DNA from: Opitutaceae bacterium
GTDB lineage: Bacteria > Verrucomicrobiota > Verrucomicrobiia > Opitutales > Opitutaceae
Assembly: GCA_017988885.1 (NCBI GenBank)
Contig: JAGNQV010000001.1
Span: forward strand, 1 to 56,180
Direction of reading: 5' to 3'
Length of the DNA: 56,180 bases
Each line of letters begins with the position of its first letter. Position 1 is the stretch's first letter. The position numbers and the translations under genes are program-made. This document shows, piece by piece, positions 28,921-38,743 of the stretch. The notes beneath the pieces were generated by a model. That model did no database searches. It saw only the letters and a program-made list of their open reading frames with translations, and was not told where the DNA came from.

Positions 28921-29352
28921 TCAAAGCTTCTTAATCTTTGCCATCTTTCGTTTAAGCGCCGTTGTCGATATTCCCGTAGTGCGCGGCAAGTAGACAACTT
29001 GGCAATATTTTCTTAGGTGGTCAAATTTCCCGGCCCAATCATCACCAATGACGAAAATATCTATGTCGTGCTTCTTGATATCATGAATCTTCTGTTCCCA
29101 CGAGTTCTCGCGAGTAACTAGGTCCACTTGCCGCAAGCTTTTTAAGATCAGTTCACGATCCCTATAGCAAAATACACTAGTCTTCCCTTTGCTCTGGTTA
29201 AATGAGTCGGAGGACAGACCGACAACTAAATAGTCACCTAGAGCACGTGCACGAGTTAGCAGCCGAATGTGCCCGCGGTGCAACACGTCGAAAGTTCCAT
29301 AGGTTAACACCCGCGTTATAATACGATTTTCTTGGGTTGGCTTATTTTTCAT
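28921..29352 (-). CDS. tagD: glycerol-3-phosphate cytidylyltransferase
   Basis: TYGTFDVLHRGHIRLL (HxGH), followed by DIFVIGDDW and RTTGISTT motifs. 143 aa. Markedly low GC (about 37% in line 29041-29100). Confidence 0.85.
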   Translation of the reverse strand: MKNKPTQENRIITRVLTYGTFDVLHRGHIRLLTRARALGDYLVVGLSSDSFNQSKGKTSVFCYRDRELILKSLRQVDLVTRENSWEQKIHDIKKHDIDIFVIGDDWAGKFDHLRKYCQVVYLPRTTGISTTALKRKMAKIKKL

Positions 29353-29442
29353 GTGACCTCTAAATACTCCTTAATCTCAAGGCGAAAGGAAAACTTCCTA
29401 ACGAGATAGGCCGCGTGTATGGTGGTTGTCCTAGTCCTCATC

Positions 29443-30942
29443 TCACTCAATTTCCGAATTCGTATCGATAGATATTTCACGAAATGTGGCAAATAATCCT
29501 TTGACCCCCGCGTGTAAAAACGCGCCACGCGGCAGGGAATCGGCAGTCGCAAGGCATTCTTTGGTATCCGATCGGAAAATCAGGATCGTCGTTGGCAGGA
29601 CGTATACCTTGAACGATATCTCCTGCCCCATTTTGATCGCCCGCCCCTTGAGCGTTCCCAGCACTTTCCATGGCCATCCGCTGCCGTCGCTTCGATAAAT
29701 TGTCATCTGACCATCAACTGCCATCGTGAAAAAAAGTCCGCTGATAGTCCCTGGCACCCCAGGGTCTTTCTCAATTTTACGATCATCATCGGTCAGGGCA
29801 ATCCACGCGTAGCTGTTCGGCCTGAACGCAGCTTTAAAGCGCACACAGAAATCGATGGCTACGCGATCAACGGTGAAAGTCCCTCCAATTGGAGAAGCCC
29901 ACCCTTGCAGGGTACCGACCCAAATATCCTCCTTATGTACGTCGAACCCCCATTCGTCCGTTCCGTAAAACTCACCGCGCCCATTGTTGTTGCCGTAGTA
30001 ATTGTTTTCCAATTGTCCATTGAACGGAGCCTTCGCACGAAACGGTGAGCGCAGCATCCGTTGCTTTCCGCGCAGATAAATGGCGTCGTCCGAATAAACC
30101 GCATCACACCGAGACCGGACTTCGCTGAATTGCCAGAAACGGTTGACCGTGTATATAACCACGCGAATTCCACCGTTCCGCATCGCCTTTAGCCATGTCG
30201 GATCAGTATTCTTTTGCACACTTACCCAACTAATGCCTGCCGCCTTCAAGGCCTCGGGAGACGAGCTGCCAGATGTGGAAACCAAATTGAGACATGCCTC
30301 GTAACCCTGCTCTGTTACAGTGTGCAGGATGGCTGGCCAAAAACTACTGATCAGAACCATCTCCCGCTTGACCTTGTGTTTCTCAAGCAACTTCAGCAAC
30401 GCGAGAGCAGCAGCATTGTCGTTGTCCTTGATTTCGAGGCTAAGATACTGCCGATTGCCAAACTCGCTTATCAAATCCTCCGCCAGCGGCGGAGAGAGGT
30501 TGGGATACGCTTCTTGAAACTCTCGATCAACCTTAAGGCGGAGGCTGCGCCATGAGGCACTGTCGAAATTTTTCACCTGACCTGAAGACCTAGTGGTCCG
30601 ATCCACGGTTTCATCGTGGATCACTGCCAAATTGCCATCTTTCAGAAGGCGAACGTCCGCATCGACTACAAGAGCACCGGTCGCAACACTCGCCCGATAG
30701 GCTTCGATCGAATTTTCTGGGTAGACATTTATATTCCCACCATGATCCCAAATGGCAAATTCGCCCCCCGCGAAAGGATTATACGGTTCTTGTGTGTAAG
30801 CAGGTTCGACGGAAGTATTTAGCGCGAATGCCAGTGCTGGCGCAACAATCAGGCCACCCATGCCCATGTGCTGAAGCAGTATCCTCGTAGCGCGGAGCAT
30901 ATAGTTCATGAGACTGCTGGACTTGCTTCTAATGAGCTCCAC
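29443..30942 (-). CDS. secreted glycerophosphodiester phosphodiesterase (GDPD) with a C-terminal beta-rich (lectin/jelly-roll-like) extension
   Basis: Signal-like GGLIVAPALAFA, then HGGNINVYPENSIEAY...DADVRLLKDGNLAVIHDETVDRTT (GDPD catalytic block). The extra ~200 aa have no known motif. Confidence 0.7.
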   Translation of the reverse strand: MELIRSKSSSLMNYMLRATRILLQHMGMGGLIVAPALAFALNTSVEPAYTQEPYNPFAGGEFAIWDHGGNINVYPENSIEAYRASVATGALVVDADVRLLKDGNLAVIHDETVDRTTRSSGQVKNFDSASWRSLRLKVDREFQEAYPNLSPPLAEDLISEFGNRQYLSLEIKDNDNAAALALLKLLEKHKVKREMVLISSFWPAILHTVTEQGYEACLNLVSTSGSSSPEALKAAGISWVSVQKNTDPTWLKAMRNGGIRVVIYTVNRFWQFSEVRSRCDAVYSDDAIYLRGKQRMLRSPFRAKAPFNGQLENNYYGNNNGRGEFYGTDEWGFDVHKEDIWVGTLQGWASPIGGTFTVDRVAIDFCVRFKAAFRPNSYAWIALTDDDRKIEKDPGVPGTISGLFFTMAVDGQMTIYRSDGSGWPWKVLGTLKGRAIKMGQEISFKVYVLPTTILIFRSDTKECLATADSLPRGAFLHAGVKGLFATFREISIDTNSEIE

Positions 30943-31373
30943 TAGGCTGTGATTTTAGCATGCGCACCAGCGATGCCCCCAAATCTGGTCTTGTCTCGGT
31001 CTCCTGCGTAAGGGCCTTGCTTGACTTCGATCATTTCCAACTCCTCCAAAACCTCGAACCCGTGACCGCCGGTGGCTAGCAGTATGACATCACCGGCTTC
31101 TAACACTCGGCTTTCCAAATAAGCTTGGCTGTTGTCGTAAAAATCAACCCGTAGTTTACCGCGCTTGATGAACAACACCTCAAGTGTATATTCCACTGAC
31201 CTAGCCACGGGATTATGCACGTGCGGCGCAATGAGCTTGCCAGCTGGATGTTGCATGTAGGCCAGTTGCTGCGAGAACTCGTTAGGGGTGAAAAAATGTA
31301 TACCCGGCTGATTAAATTGATGGGGGACGATCAAAGCGAGTAATTCGCCTTGGTGACGGATTTCGGTAATCAT
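30942..31373 (-). CDS. cupin-fold protein (possible sugar-nucleotide isomerase/epimerase, WxcM/WbuC-like)
   Basis: 143 aa. HVHNP...E.L....G.L.V.F...GD....GGHGFE pattern of a single cupin barrel. Overlaps gmd by 4 nt. Confidence 0.45.
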   Translation of the reverse strand: MITEIRHQGELLALIVPHQFNQPGIHFFTPNEFSQQLAYMQHPAGKLIAPHVHNPVARSVEYTLEVLFIKRGKLRVDFYDNSQAYLESRVLEAGDVILLATGGHGFEVLEELEMIEVKQGPYAGDRDKTRFGGIAGAHAKITA

Positions 31374-32386
31374 GATTTATCCTCCAAAGTTTTCAGATGG
31401 GCTTCACGCTTAGCCACGGCACTATCGGCCTCAAGCATGAGTTTCACTAACTCCTTAAACTTCACTTTCGGCTGCCATTGGAGCTTTACCTTCGCTTTAG
31501 TCGCATCTCCGATCAGCAAGTCCACTTCTGTCGGTCGCAGGTAATCGTCGTCTATAACGAGATGTTTACGCCAATCCAATCCAGCAAGTCCAAAGGTCTC
31601 CTCAACGAACTCCCGGACTGAGTGAGCCTCCCCGGTGGCAACAACGAAATCCTCCGGAGCATCCAACTGAAGCATCCTCCACATCGCTTCGCAATACTCT
31701 GGCGCGTAACCCCAGTCTCGCTTGGCATCAAGATTACCTAGGACAAGTTTGTCCTGAAGCCCATGCAGGATGCGAGCGACCCCCAGCGTAATCTTACGCG
31801 TCACGAAGGACTCGCCGCGTCGAGGCGATTCATGATTAAATAGGATGCCGTTGCACGCATACATTCCGTAGGCTTCGCGGTAGTTTTTAACGATCCAGAA
31901 GCCATAGAGCTTTGCGACTCCATAGGGACTGCGCGGATAAAATGGAGTGGTCTCGACCTGTGGAATCGCCTGCACCTTGCCATATAGTTCGCTTGTCGAC
32001 GCTTGGTAGAAACGCGTTGCCAGCTTTTTCTGTCGGATCGCCTCCAAGAAGTTCAACGTGCCCAAGGCATCAACAGTTGCGGTGTAGTGCGGAACATCAA
32101 ACGACACCTTCACGTGGCTCTGCGCCGCTAGATTGTAGATCTCATCCGGCCGCGTCGATTCGACGATATTTGCCACCGAACTAGCATCGGTAATGTCACC
32201 GTAGTGAAGGAAAAAACGCTTTTCCTTGTTGGCGGCATTATTGAAATACAGGTGATCGATACGTCCCGTGTTGAATGTGCTGCTTCGCCGAACCATTCCA
32301 TGCACTTCGTAACCCTTCGCTAGTAGTATCTCGGCCAGATACGAGCCATCTTGCCCGGTTATTCCAGCGATAAGTGCACGTTTCAT
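31370..32386 (-). CDS. gmd: GDP-mannose 4,6-dehydratase (copy 1)
   Basis: [49 protein letters not shown] and [19 protein letters not shown]. Confidence 0.9.
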   Translation of the reverse strand: MKRALIAGITGQDGSYLAEILLAKGYEVHGMVRRSSTFNTGRIDHLYFNNAANKEKRFFLHYGDITDASSVANIVESTRPDEIYNLAAQSHVKVSFDVPHYTATVDALGTLNFLEAIRQKKLATRFYQASTSELYGKVQAIPQVETTPFYPRSPYGVAKLYGFWIVKNYREAYGMYACNGILFNHESPRRGESFVTRKITLGVARILHGLQDKLVLGNLDAKRDWGYAPEYCEAMWRMLQLDAPEDFVVATGEAHSVREFVEETFGLAGLDWRKHLVIDDDYLRPTEVDLLIGDATKAKVKLQWQPKVKFKELVKLMLEADSAVAKREAHLKTLEDKS

Positions 32387-32438
32387 AATGGTATCTAGGG
32401 GAAGAATGCTAGGTTAGAAAACAACTGAATTGACGCGG

Positions 32439-33377
32439 TCATAATCCGCGCAACTGACCAGCTTTCTCTTCCTGAGCAAAGGCCGCGTAAGTTTGGGCTA
32501 CTCCTTGCGCCAAGGAAACCTGGGCACGCCACCCAAGCGCAGTAAGTTGAGAAATATCCATGAGCTTTCGCTGCGTGCCATCAGGCTTGCTCGTATCCCA
32601 ACGGATTTCACCCACGTAACCCGTGACCGCAGCGACGATCCCAGCCAGCTCCCTGATCGTAATGTCCGCGCCTGTGCCTACGTTGACCCAGTCTGGCGGG
32701 GACGGCAATTTCTGCAAGAAGGCGCAAGCATCAGCGAGATCGTTCACATGCATGAATTCGCGGCGGACCAGTCCAGTGCCCCATGCGATAACGGCCGGCA
32801 GCCGGCGGGTCTTGGCATCATGGAACCTCCGTATCAGGGCTGGCAACACATGCGAATTCTGCGGATGGTAATTATCTCCCTGCCCATATAGATTTGTCGG
32901 CATCGCCGAGTGATAGGTCACCCCATATTGCTTCCGATAATATTGACATAACTTCATCCCCGCGATCTTCGCAATGGCGTAAGCTTCGTTGGTCGGCTCA
33001 AGTGAGCCGGTCAACAGACAATTCTCGGACATCGGCTGCGGCGCATGCTTCGGATAGATGCACGAACTGCCTAAAAATAGCAGACGTTGCACACCAGCGC
33101 GATGCGCACCATGAATAGAATTCAATGCAATGGCGAGATTATCATGGAGAAACTCGGCCGGATAAGTCGCATTGGCATGGATGCCGCCCACCTTCGCCGC
33201 GGCCACGATCACGGCGTCGGGCTTCTCCGCAGTATAGAAGGCTTCGACCTCCTCCCCGTTAGTCAGATCCAGTTCTTGGCGCGTGCGAAGCACAAGCGTG
33301 ACCCCCGGCTCCGCAGCATATCGCCGCACCAGTGCGCGGCCTACCATTCCATTATGTCCCGCAATGAAGAGTTTCAT
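32439..33377 (-). CDS. fcl: GDP-L-fucose synthase (GDP-4-keto-6-deoxymannose 3,5-epimerase/4-reductase)
   Basis: [35 protein letters not shown] and [21 protein letters not shown]. Confidence 0.85.
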   Translation of the reverse strand: MKLFIAGHNGMVGRALVRRYAAEPGVTLVLRTRQELDLTNGEEVEAFYTAEKPDAVIVAAAKVGGIHANATYPAEFLHDNLAIALNSIHGAHRAGVQRLLFLGSSCIYPKHAPQPMSENCLLTGSLEPTNEAYAIAKIAGMKLCQYYRKQYGVTYHSAMPTNLYGQGDNYHPQNSHVLPALIRRFHDAKTRRLPAVIAWGTGLVRREFMHVNDLADACAFLQKLPSPPDWVNVGTGADITIRELAGIVAAVTGYVGEIRWDTSKPDGTQRKLMDISQLTALGWRAQVSLAQGVAQTYAAFAQEEKAGQLRGL

Positions 33378-33416
33378 GATAGTGGCAGCTATTTTTCCCA
33401 GTTCGCAGGATACTGC

Positions 33417-34439
33417 TCACACCTTCGGCAGCTGCGCGATCTGGGCCTCGCGTTTGGCCTGATCAAGATCGGCATCGATCATGATTTTCACAAGCTCCTT
33501 GAAACGCACCTTCGGTTCCCAACCCAGTTGCTTCTTAGCCTTAATGGGATTGCCGATGAGAAGCTCAACCTCCGCAGGACGCTCGTAACGCGCATCATAT
33601 TTCACGTATTTCCTCCAGTCTAGATCCAGCAGCCCAAAGCTTTCCTCGATGAACTCTTTAACCGTGTGCGTCTCGTTTGTAGCGACTACATAGTCGTCGG
33701 GCTGGTCCTGTTGAAGCATGACCCACATCATCTCAACGTATTCTTTGGCGTAGCCCCAGTCACGCTTGGCCTCAAGGTTGCCCATATAGAGGCCTTCTTG
33801 CAGCCCCAGTTTGATGCGAGTGGCGGCGCGTGTGATTTTGCGCGTAACAAAAGTCTCACCGCGGCGCGGGCTCTCGTGATTAAAGAGTATACCTGAAGAG
33901 GCGTGGAGATTATAGCTCTCGCGATAGTTCACCGTCAGCCAGTGCGCATACATCTTGGCGCAACCATACGGCGAGCGGGGCCAGAAAGGCGTGGTTTCGA
34001 CCTGCGGTACTTCCTGTACCTTCCCAAACATCTCGGAAGACGAGGCTTGGTAGTAGCGGCATTTCTTTACGAGCCCGGCCTCGCGAATTGCTTCCAAAAT
34101 GCGGACGGCGCCCAAACCTGTGACATCCCCCGTATACTCCGGAATATCGAATGACACGCGCACATGCGACTGCGCGGCGAGATTGTAGATTTCGTCAGGC
34201 TGAAGGCTGTAGAGCAGCTTCACCATTTGCACTGAATCGGCAAGATCACCGTAGTGCAGGAAGAGCTTCACGCCATTGACATGCGGATCACGGTATAGGT
34301 GATCGATGCGACCAGTGTTGAAAGTCGAGGCTCGACGAATGACCCCGTGAACTTCGTAACCCTTGGCGAGGAGAAACTCGGCAAGGTAGGAACCATCCTG
34401 ACCGGTTATTCCGGTGATCAGAGCTTTTTTTAAAATCAT
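33417..34439 (-). CDS. gmd: GDP-mannose 4,6-dehydratase (copy 2, divergent paralog)
   Basis: [42 protein letters not shown] and [19 protein letters not shown]. Roughly two-thirds identical to copy 1 by eye. Confidence 0.9.
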   Translation of the reverse strand: MILKKALITGITGQDGSYLAEFLLAKGYEVHGVIRRASTFNTGRIDHLYRDPHVNGVKLFLHYGDLADSVQMVKLLYSLQPDEIYNLAAQSHVRVSFDIPEYTGDVTGLGAVRILEAIREAGLVKKCRYYQASSSEMFGKVQEVPQVETTPFWPRSPYGCAKMYAHWLTVNYRESYNLHASSGILFNHESPRRGETFVTRKITRAATRIKLGLQEGLYMGNLEAKRDWGYAKEYVEMMWVMLQQDQPDDYVVATNETHTVKEFIEESFGLLDLDWRKYVKYDARYERPAEVELLIGNPIKAKKQLGWEPKVRFKELVKIMIDADLDQAKREAQIAQLPKV

Positions 34440-34576
34440 AGTGCCTTAAGCAAAAATGCCTGTGCTGCGACCAATACCATCACGGCTTCGCCCCGTCGCT
34501 TCTTATATTGGAGCAATTGAGGTGGATCTTAATTTTTTGCCGCATATGCAGTCACCGGCGCTGCACCAGTAACCTG

Positions 34577-36352
34577 TCAAATCTTGGTCAGCTTCAAAAA
34601 AGTTTTCGCCACCGGCATTAGCGCGATTGCTCGATCATGCCAGCGTTGAAGTTTTTGCAGTCGCTCAGTGATCAACTTTTGATCACTGCCAGTCAATACG
34701 CCTAAAGACTTCATCAAATTGCCCAATCGGTTTTTCCCCTGCTTCAGCTGGGTATCTAGCCGCTGCTCCAGAAATCGCTGAATAAGCCGGCGCATCTCAA
34801 GATCAGGCGAGAAAAGTTCAGTGCGGTCTTTTTCGGTCGAAACCTCCGTAATCGCACCAATCTCACGCAAGGCTCGCAACCCCTGGCTGATTGAACCCTT
34901 GGAAAAATCCAGTCGTGACTCAATATCTGAAAAACTGAGTGGCTCTGGCGAGGCGAAGACGATGCCATAAATCGCGGCGACTGACTTTGGCACCCCAAGC
35001 AACTCCGCCGCGTCGACAAAAAACGCGACCATCTGAGTCTCGAAAAGCACAATACCCGACGGACGGTCACCAGCGATGACCAACGAATCCGGAGGTATTT
35101 GAAGTGAGGCGCCAGATGGCATTCCTGAAGACCGAACAGGAAATTTCTTTAATTTCAATTGAAAATGAACCTGTTTTTTATTTTCAGGACCCAGCGCACC
35201 CCGCCGCACTTGGTCTGGCGTGAGTGAAAAATATTCGCGCGACGTCAACAGACTCGCCCATTGCGTGTAGCGCAGCCGCAGAAATCGCTCCGTCAAACCA
35301 CATTCATCAGCGGCCAACGCCAAATCTGAACCCGCCATGGCCAGTCGATACGCGAGGTAGGATCGACGCGGCATCGCGTTCGAACGCGGTCGCCTCGTTT
35401 CGGGGCTCACCCGCCCTTGCGCAATCAGTCGAATATAACGCGATCCCATGACCAGCTTCTCGACCCGACGAAACTTCTGCCAGTGATTGGGTGGGTGGAA
35501 TGGCAACGCACGTTGCTTAATCCACTTTAGCCAGGCACGCAGCACCGGCAGAATCCGGATTACCCGACGACCGGTTGGCGCAAGTTCACGGTCCAACGTT
35601 ATCTCCCCACGCCGTAGGTCGATCTGACTCCATGGCACCGGATGGGCTTGCAGTCGTTCTGTCTCGTAAGTGCGTAAACCACCGAACAGGGCGAGAACCC
35701 AATAACCAATTTGATCAGTATGCATCGTCTCCTGGAGGATCCACCGCACTTCCTCCGGGGTGTAGATCAGCATCGACTTGGTGGGCCGCACCGGTCGCTT
35801 GATGGTATTCACTAGTAGATTTTCTTGAATATACCCTACCCGAACCAGCCAGTTAAAGTACGCCATTACGGTCTCCCAGTGGGACAACAAGGTATGCGCC
35901 TTCGACCAACGTTTGAAATACGTCGTCATGTCGCTCCCTTGCAGCGTAGTGACCGGTCGGGAGCCAAATACTGTGACGAAGGTATCCAATCGCTGGCGAT
36001 AAACCTGCAGCGTCCTCGGCGAGCGATTTTGGCCGCGCTTAAACTCAAGGAAGGCAGCCGCACTCTCCCCCACGGTCAGCTCATGATGAGTGGCCTGCTC
36101 GGCCATTACCTCTGCAATCGAGCGGATCTCGTGTCTTTTCGCCAAGATCGTAATGGCCTTGTCCGCTGGAGTAGCTTCGCTGACCGTTGTCACCCCTGAC
36201 GGGACCAAGGGTTCCACCAGTGCAGTCTGGAGCAAATTCTCCAGTTCCGCATCAACAGGTTCTCGTCCGGTCATCGCGACCAGCGCTCGTTTCAGGAGAC
36301 TGCGGGCATGACTCCGCATCCACGGGGGTTCGGCTGGCGGAAGCTTCGACAT
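34577..36352 (-). CDS. tyrosine-recombinase-like protein fused to a C-terminal GbsR/MarR-type winged-helix domain (paralog 3)
   Basis: aa ~100-378 align by eye with the two upstream integrase-like paralogs (GYWVLALFGGLRTYETERL; AMPRRSYLAY; RLRY). aa ~441-591 (nt 34577-35032) carry LLGVPKSVAAIYGIVFASPEPLSFSDIESRLDFSKGSISQGLRALREIGAI, typical of GbsR-family wHTH proteins. Confidence 0.65.
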   Translation of the reverse strand: MSKLPPAEPPWMRSHARSLLKRALVAMTGREPVDAELENLLQTALVEPLVPSGVTTVSEATPADKAITILAKRHEIRSIAEVMAEQATHHELTVGESAAAFLEFKRGQNRSPRTLQVYRQRLDTFVTVFGSRPVTTLQGSDMTTYFKRWSKAHTLLSHWETVMAYFNWLVRVGYIQENLLVNTIKRPVRPTKSMLIYTPEEVRWILQETMHTDQIGYWVLALFGGLRTYETERLQAHPVPWSQIDLRRGEITLDRELAPTGRRVIRILPVLRAWLKWIKQRALPFHPPNHWQKFRRVEKLVMGSRYIRLIAQGRVSPETRRPRSNAMPRRSYLAYRLAMAGSDLALAADECGLTERFLRLRYTQWASLLTSREYFSLTPDQVRRGALGPENKKQVHFQLKLKKFPVRSSGMPSGASLQIPPDSLVIAGDRPSGIVLFETQMVAFFVDAAELLGVPKSVAAIYGIVFASPEPLSFSDIESRLDFSKGSISQGLRALREIGAITEVSTEKDRTELFSPDLEMRRLIQRFLEQRLDTQLKQGKNRLGNLMKSLGVLTGSDQKLITERLQKLQRWHDRAIALMPVAKTFLKLTKI

Positions 36353-36369
36353 AAATCTTAGAGCGAACC

Positions 36370-37467
36370 CTAGATACGATTGGGGATTAGGTAAAAATAC
36401 TCCCGCGCCTGCTGCTTGGTCACCGGCCGCCGATAGTATTTCCGAACCATGCTTTCCGAAGTGCCCGCCCGTTGGGCAATCTCCTGATAACTCGCTCCCG
36501 GCAACTTGAGCGCGTGGGAAATAAAGGCCCGCCGGGCCATGTTGAAGTAGCCCAAGCGATTGTATCGCTTAGGCACAATCGCCACCTTCACTCCTAAGCG
36601 TCTTGCCACGACTTGCCTTCGCAGGCCTCGAACGCCCTTCAGTAAATTCTGGGGCCGAAACGGCCGCTCACTTTGCCTCATCCATTGCAGCCATGCCGTC
36701 AGCACGGGATGCATCGCCGCCCGGCGAGCGCGCATCTTGCCGGCACATGCAGGTATGTCGATAATTCCATCCTCTACGCGAAACCATCGCCACGGCTCGG
36801 CCTCCCGCTGTAGCCGCCGAATTTCAACTATTCTCATCCCAGAAAATAGCGCCAACACCCAAAAGCCGATTTCGTCCGTGTCCATCGTCTGCCGTAGAAT
36901 AAACCGCGCTTCCTTAGCAGTAAAATAGCACCCTCCCCCTCCCGTAGGCACCGGCCTGGGCATGGCTCGTGACACCGGATTGCTCTGCCTATAGCCCATC
37001 GCCGCCGTCCAACCAAAAAAATGGAAGGCCAATCGCCAATAGCTGCATAGCGTATTCGGCTGCCGCCACTGAGCCAGGAACGAGGCCATCTCAGATGGCA
37101 AAATTAGATCGATTCGCCGGTCTCCGAAATCACGGGCGAGAATCCCCAGCAATTTACGGTAACCGCTCACTGTCTCGCGACTCGACCCGTCCCGTGCCTT
37201 GCTCCGCAGGAACGTGTCAATGCCTTGGGTCAAAATCAGCACCCGACGCCCTCCCTCATCAGCCGTATGGCGCTGGAGTGCCGTCATAACGTTGGGCAAG
37301 CCCAACGCCAAGGCAACCCCTCTAGCTTCCTCCACCTGCTCCCAATCGACGGCGCTCAACTCACTTGAACGGGGCAACGGGGCCGGCGTTGTCTGCAAAA
37401 CGTGCCTGATCGCGATCCGACACAGTCTAACCGCCAACGAATCACTAGGCGCCTTCCCTTGACTCAT
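36370..37467 (-). CDS. tyrosine-recombinase-like protein (paralog 2)
   Basis: GFWVLALFSGMRIVEIRRL (box I Arg), NMARRAFISHAL (box II Arg) and SESMVRKYYRR (candidate nucleophile Tyr). ATGA overlap with paralog 1. Confidence 0.7.
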   Translation of the reverse strand: MSQGKAPSDSLAVRLCRIAIRHVLQTTPAPLPRSSELSAVDWEQVEEARGVALALGLPNVMTALQRHTADEGGRRVLILTQGIDTFLRSKARDGSSRETVSGYRKLLGILARDFGDRRIDLILPSEMASFLAQWRQPNTLCSYWRLAFHFFGWTAAMGYRQSNPVSRAMPRPVPTGGGGCYFTAKEARFILRQTMDTDEIGFWVLALFSGMRIVEIRRLQREAEPWRWFRVEDGIIDIPACAGKMRARRAAMHPVLTAWLQWMRQSERPFRPQNLLKGVRGLRRQVVARRLGVKVAIVPKRYNRLGYFNMARRAFISHALKLPGASYQEIAQRAGTSESMVRKYYRRPVTKQQAREYFYLIPNRI

Positions 37468-38687
37468 CGCTCCTCCGGAAATAGCTCGAAATACCTCAAG
37501 GCATCACATTCAGAAACCTTCCGATGGTAGTGCTTCCTGATCACTTCCTCGCTGTTACCGGCCGAGAGGGAAACCTCCGCAAAACTCGCCTGTGGCTGGG
37601 CCAGTCGGTATGAAATGTATGATCGGCGAGCGATGTTTACGGCCCAGCGGCTCGATCCCGTCGTTTTGTGACCTCCGGACAACTCGCGCGGCATATGCGA
37701 AGTCAAAGCAGCATCCCGCACCTGCCTGCACCGATTATGGAAATTTCGGGGATAGAACAATAAGTCGCGGCGTTTGATCAATTCCAACCAAGCCCGCAGA
37801 ACTGGTAATACTGGCACTGTCCGCGGCCATGTTTTGGTGATCTGGCTACGTAAATCGATTACTCCTGCATCTAATTTTATCACCTGCCAAGGATCCGCCA
37901 GCGCTTCCAGTCTTTGAACCTCCGCGGTGCGCAAACCCGCAAACATAGCCAAAACCCAAAATCCGAGCGATCCATTCTCATTCGCTTTACGTAGCACAGC
38001 TCTGGCTTCCTCGACCGTCATGACCCTCCGCTCCGGCCATTGCGTCCGCGGCTTTCGCATCGCCCGCACCACCGGATTGTCCACGGCATAGTGCATTCGC
38101 ATGGCCCAGGTATAGAAAGTAGCTAGCGTCTGCCAGCGGTGCGCCCGGGTATATGGATTATTCCACCGCAAGATGAAATCCGCTATCTCCTGCGGGGTGA
38201 TCGAGGTCATCACTCGCCCAGGATATGCCGCCATGAAATCGTTGAAGTGCAGTCGGTAAACCTTGAGCGAAATCGGGCTAACTCCTTCACAACGCTTGGC
38301 GACCTGAAATTCCTCTATCCCCTGATCGAGCATCCGTTCGTGATCAAACAGGCGATTCTGCACAAACCAGATGACCGGCGTGGTCAGCGATTTAATGCCG
38401 TGTTCCCTCGCCAGGACCATTGCTCGCTCGGCATCTTCTTGTTGCGCGGCTGACAGCCAGGTCGGACCTCGTTTCTCATCCGCAATGAGCGAGGGCGTGG
38501 CGACCTTGGGGTCGATGCCGTCGGCCATTACCGCCGCCGAGAGACTGCTCAATTCTTCATCTGTCGGCCAACGATTTTGCGCATGAAAAAAGGCTTGGCG
38601 GAATCGCTCCTGAGGATCGAATTTTGCAGGGCTTGTCATACTGGCTGGCGTTCGGAGCAGAAAAATTAGCCAACTATAGAGGGTCAA
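37464..38687 (-). CDS. tyrosine-recombinase-like protein (paralog 1)
   Basis: GFWVLAMFAGLRTAEVQRL, NIARRSYISYRL and SEEVIRKHYHR. The track start at 38687 is TTG; ATG at 38639 (MTSPAKFDP) is the more likely start. Confidence 0.7.
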   Translation of the reverse strand: MTLYSWLIFLLRTPASMTSPAKFDPQERFRQAFFHAQNRWPTDEELSSLSAAVMADGIDPKVATPSLIADEKRGPTWLSAAQQEDAERAMVLAREHGIKSLTTPVIWFVQNRLFDHERMLDQGIEEFQVAKRCEGVSPISLKVYRLHFNDFMAAYPGRVMTSITPQEIADFILRWNNPYTRAHRWQTLATFYTWAMRMHYAVDNPVVRAMRKPRTQWPERRVMTVEEARAVLRKANENGSLGFWVLAMFAGLRTAEVQRLEALADPWQVIKLDAGVIDLRSQITKTWPRTVPVLPVLRAWLELIKRRDLLFYPRNFHNRCRQVRDAALTSHMPRELSGGHKTTGSSRWAVNIARRSYISYRLAQPQASFAEVSLSAGNSEEVIRKHYHRKVSECDALRYFELFPEER

Positions 38688-38705
38688 TAAAAATACACTC
38701 TATAG
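38674..38705. promoter_or_regulatory. perfect 8-bp inverted repeat CTATAGAG-N16-CTCTATAG in the divergent integrase/XRE intergenic region (candidate operator)
   Basis: Read directly. AT-rich 16-nt spacer GGTCAATAAAAATACA. Lies between the likely integrase ATG (38639) and the likely XRE GTG (38744). Confidence 0.5.
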
Positions 38706-38743
38706 ATGGTAGATGTTCACCCATCGCCCCGCTAGTCTGGGCC

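Noticed and set aside
29349-29552. 67-aa - strand ORF between the GDPD and TagD genes
   Set aside because: It overlaps the 3' end of the GDPD gene in another frame, has no motif and has an implausible composition. It is likely spurious.
34577-38687. Classifying the three recombinase genes as a classical recombinase-in-trio (RIT) element
   Set aside because: RIT members belong to three distinct subfamilies. These three are obvious paralogs of one another, sharing the same unusual motif substitutions, and one carries an extra wHTH domain. I also could not identify flanking inverted repeats by eye. RIT is kept only as an alternative hypothesis to test.
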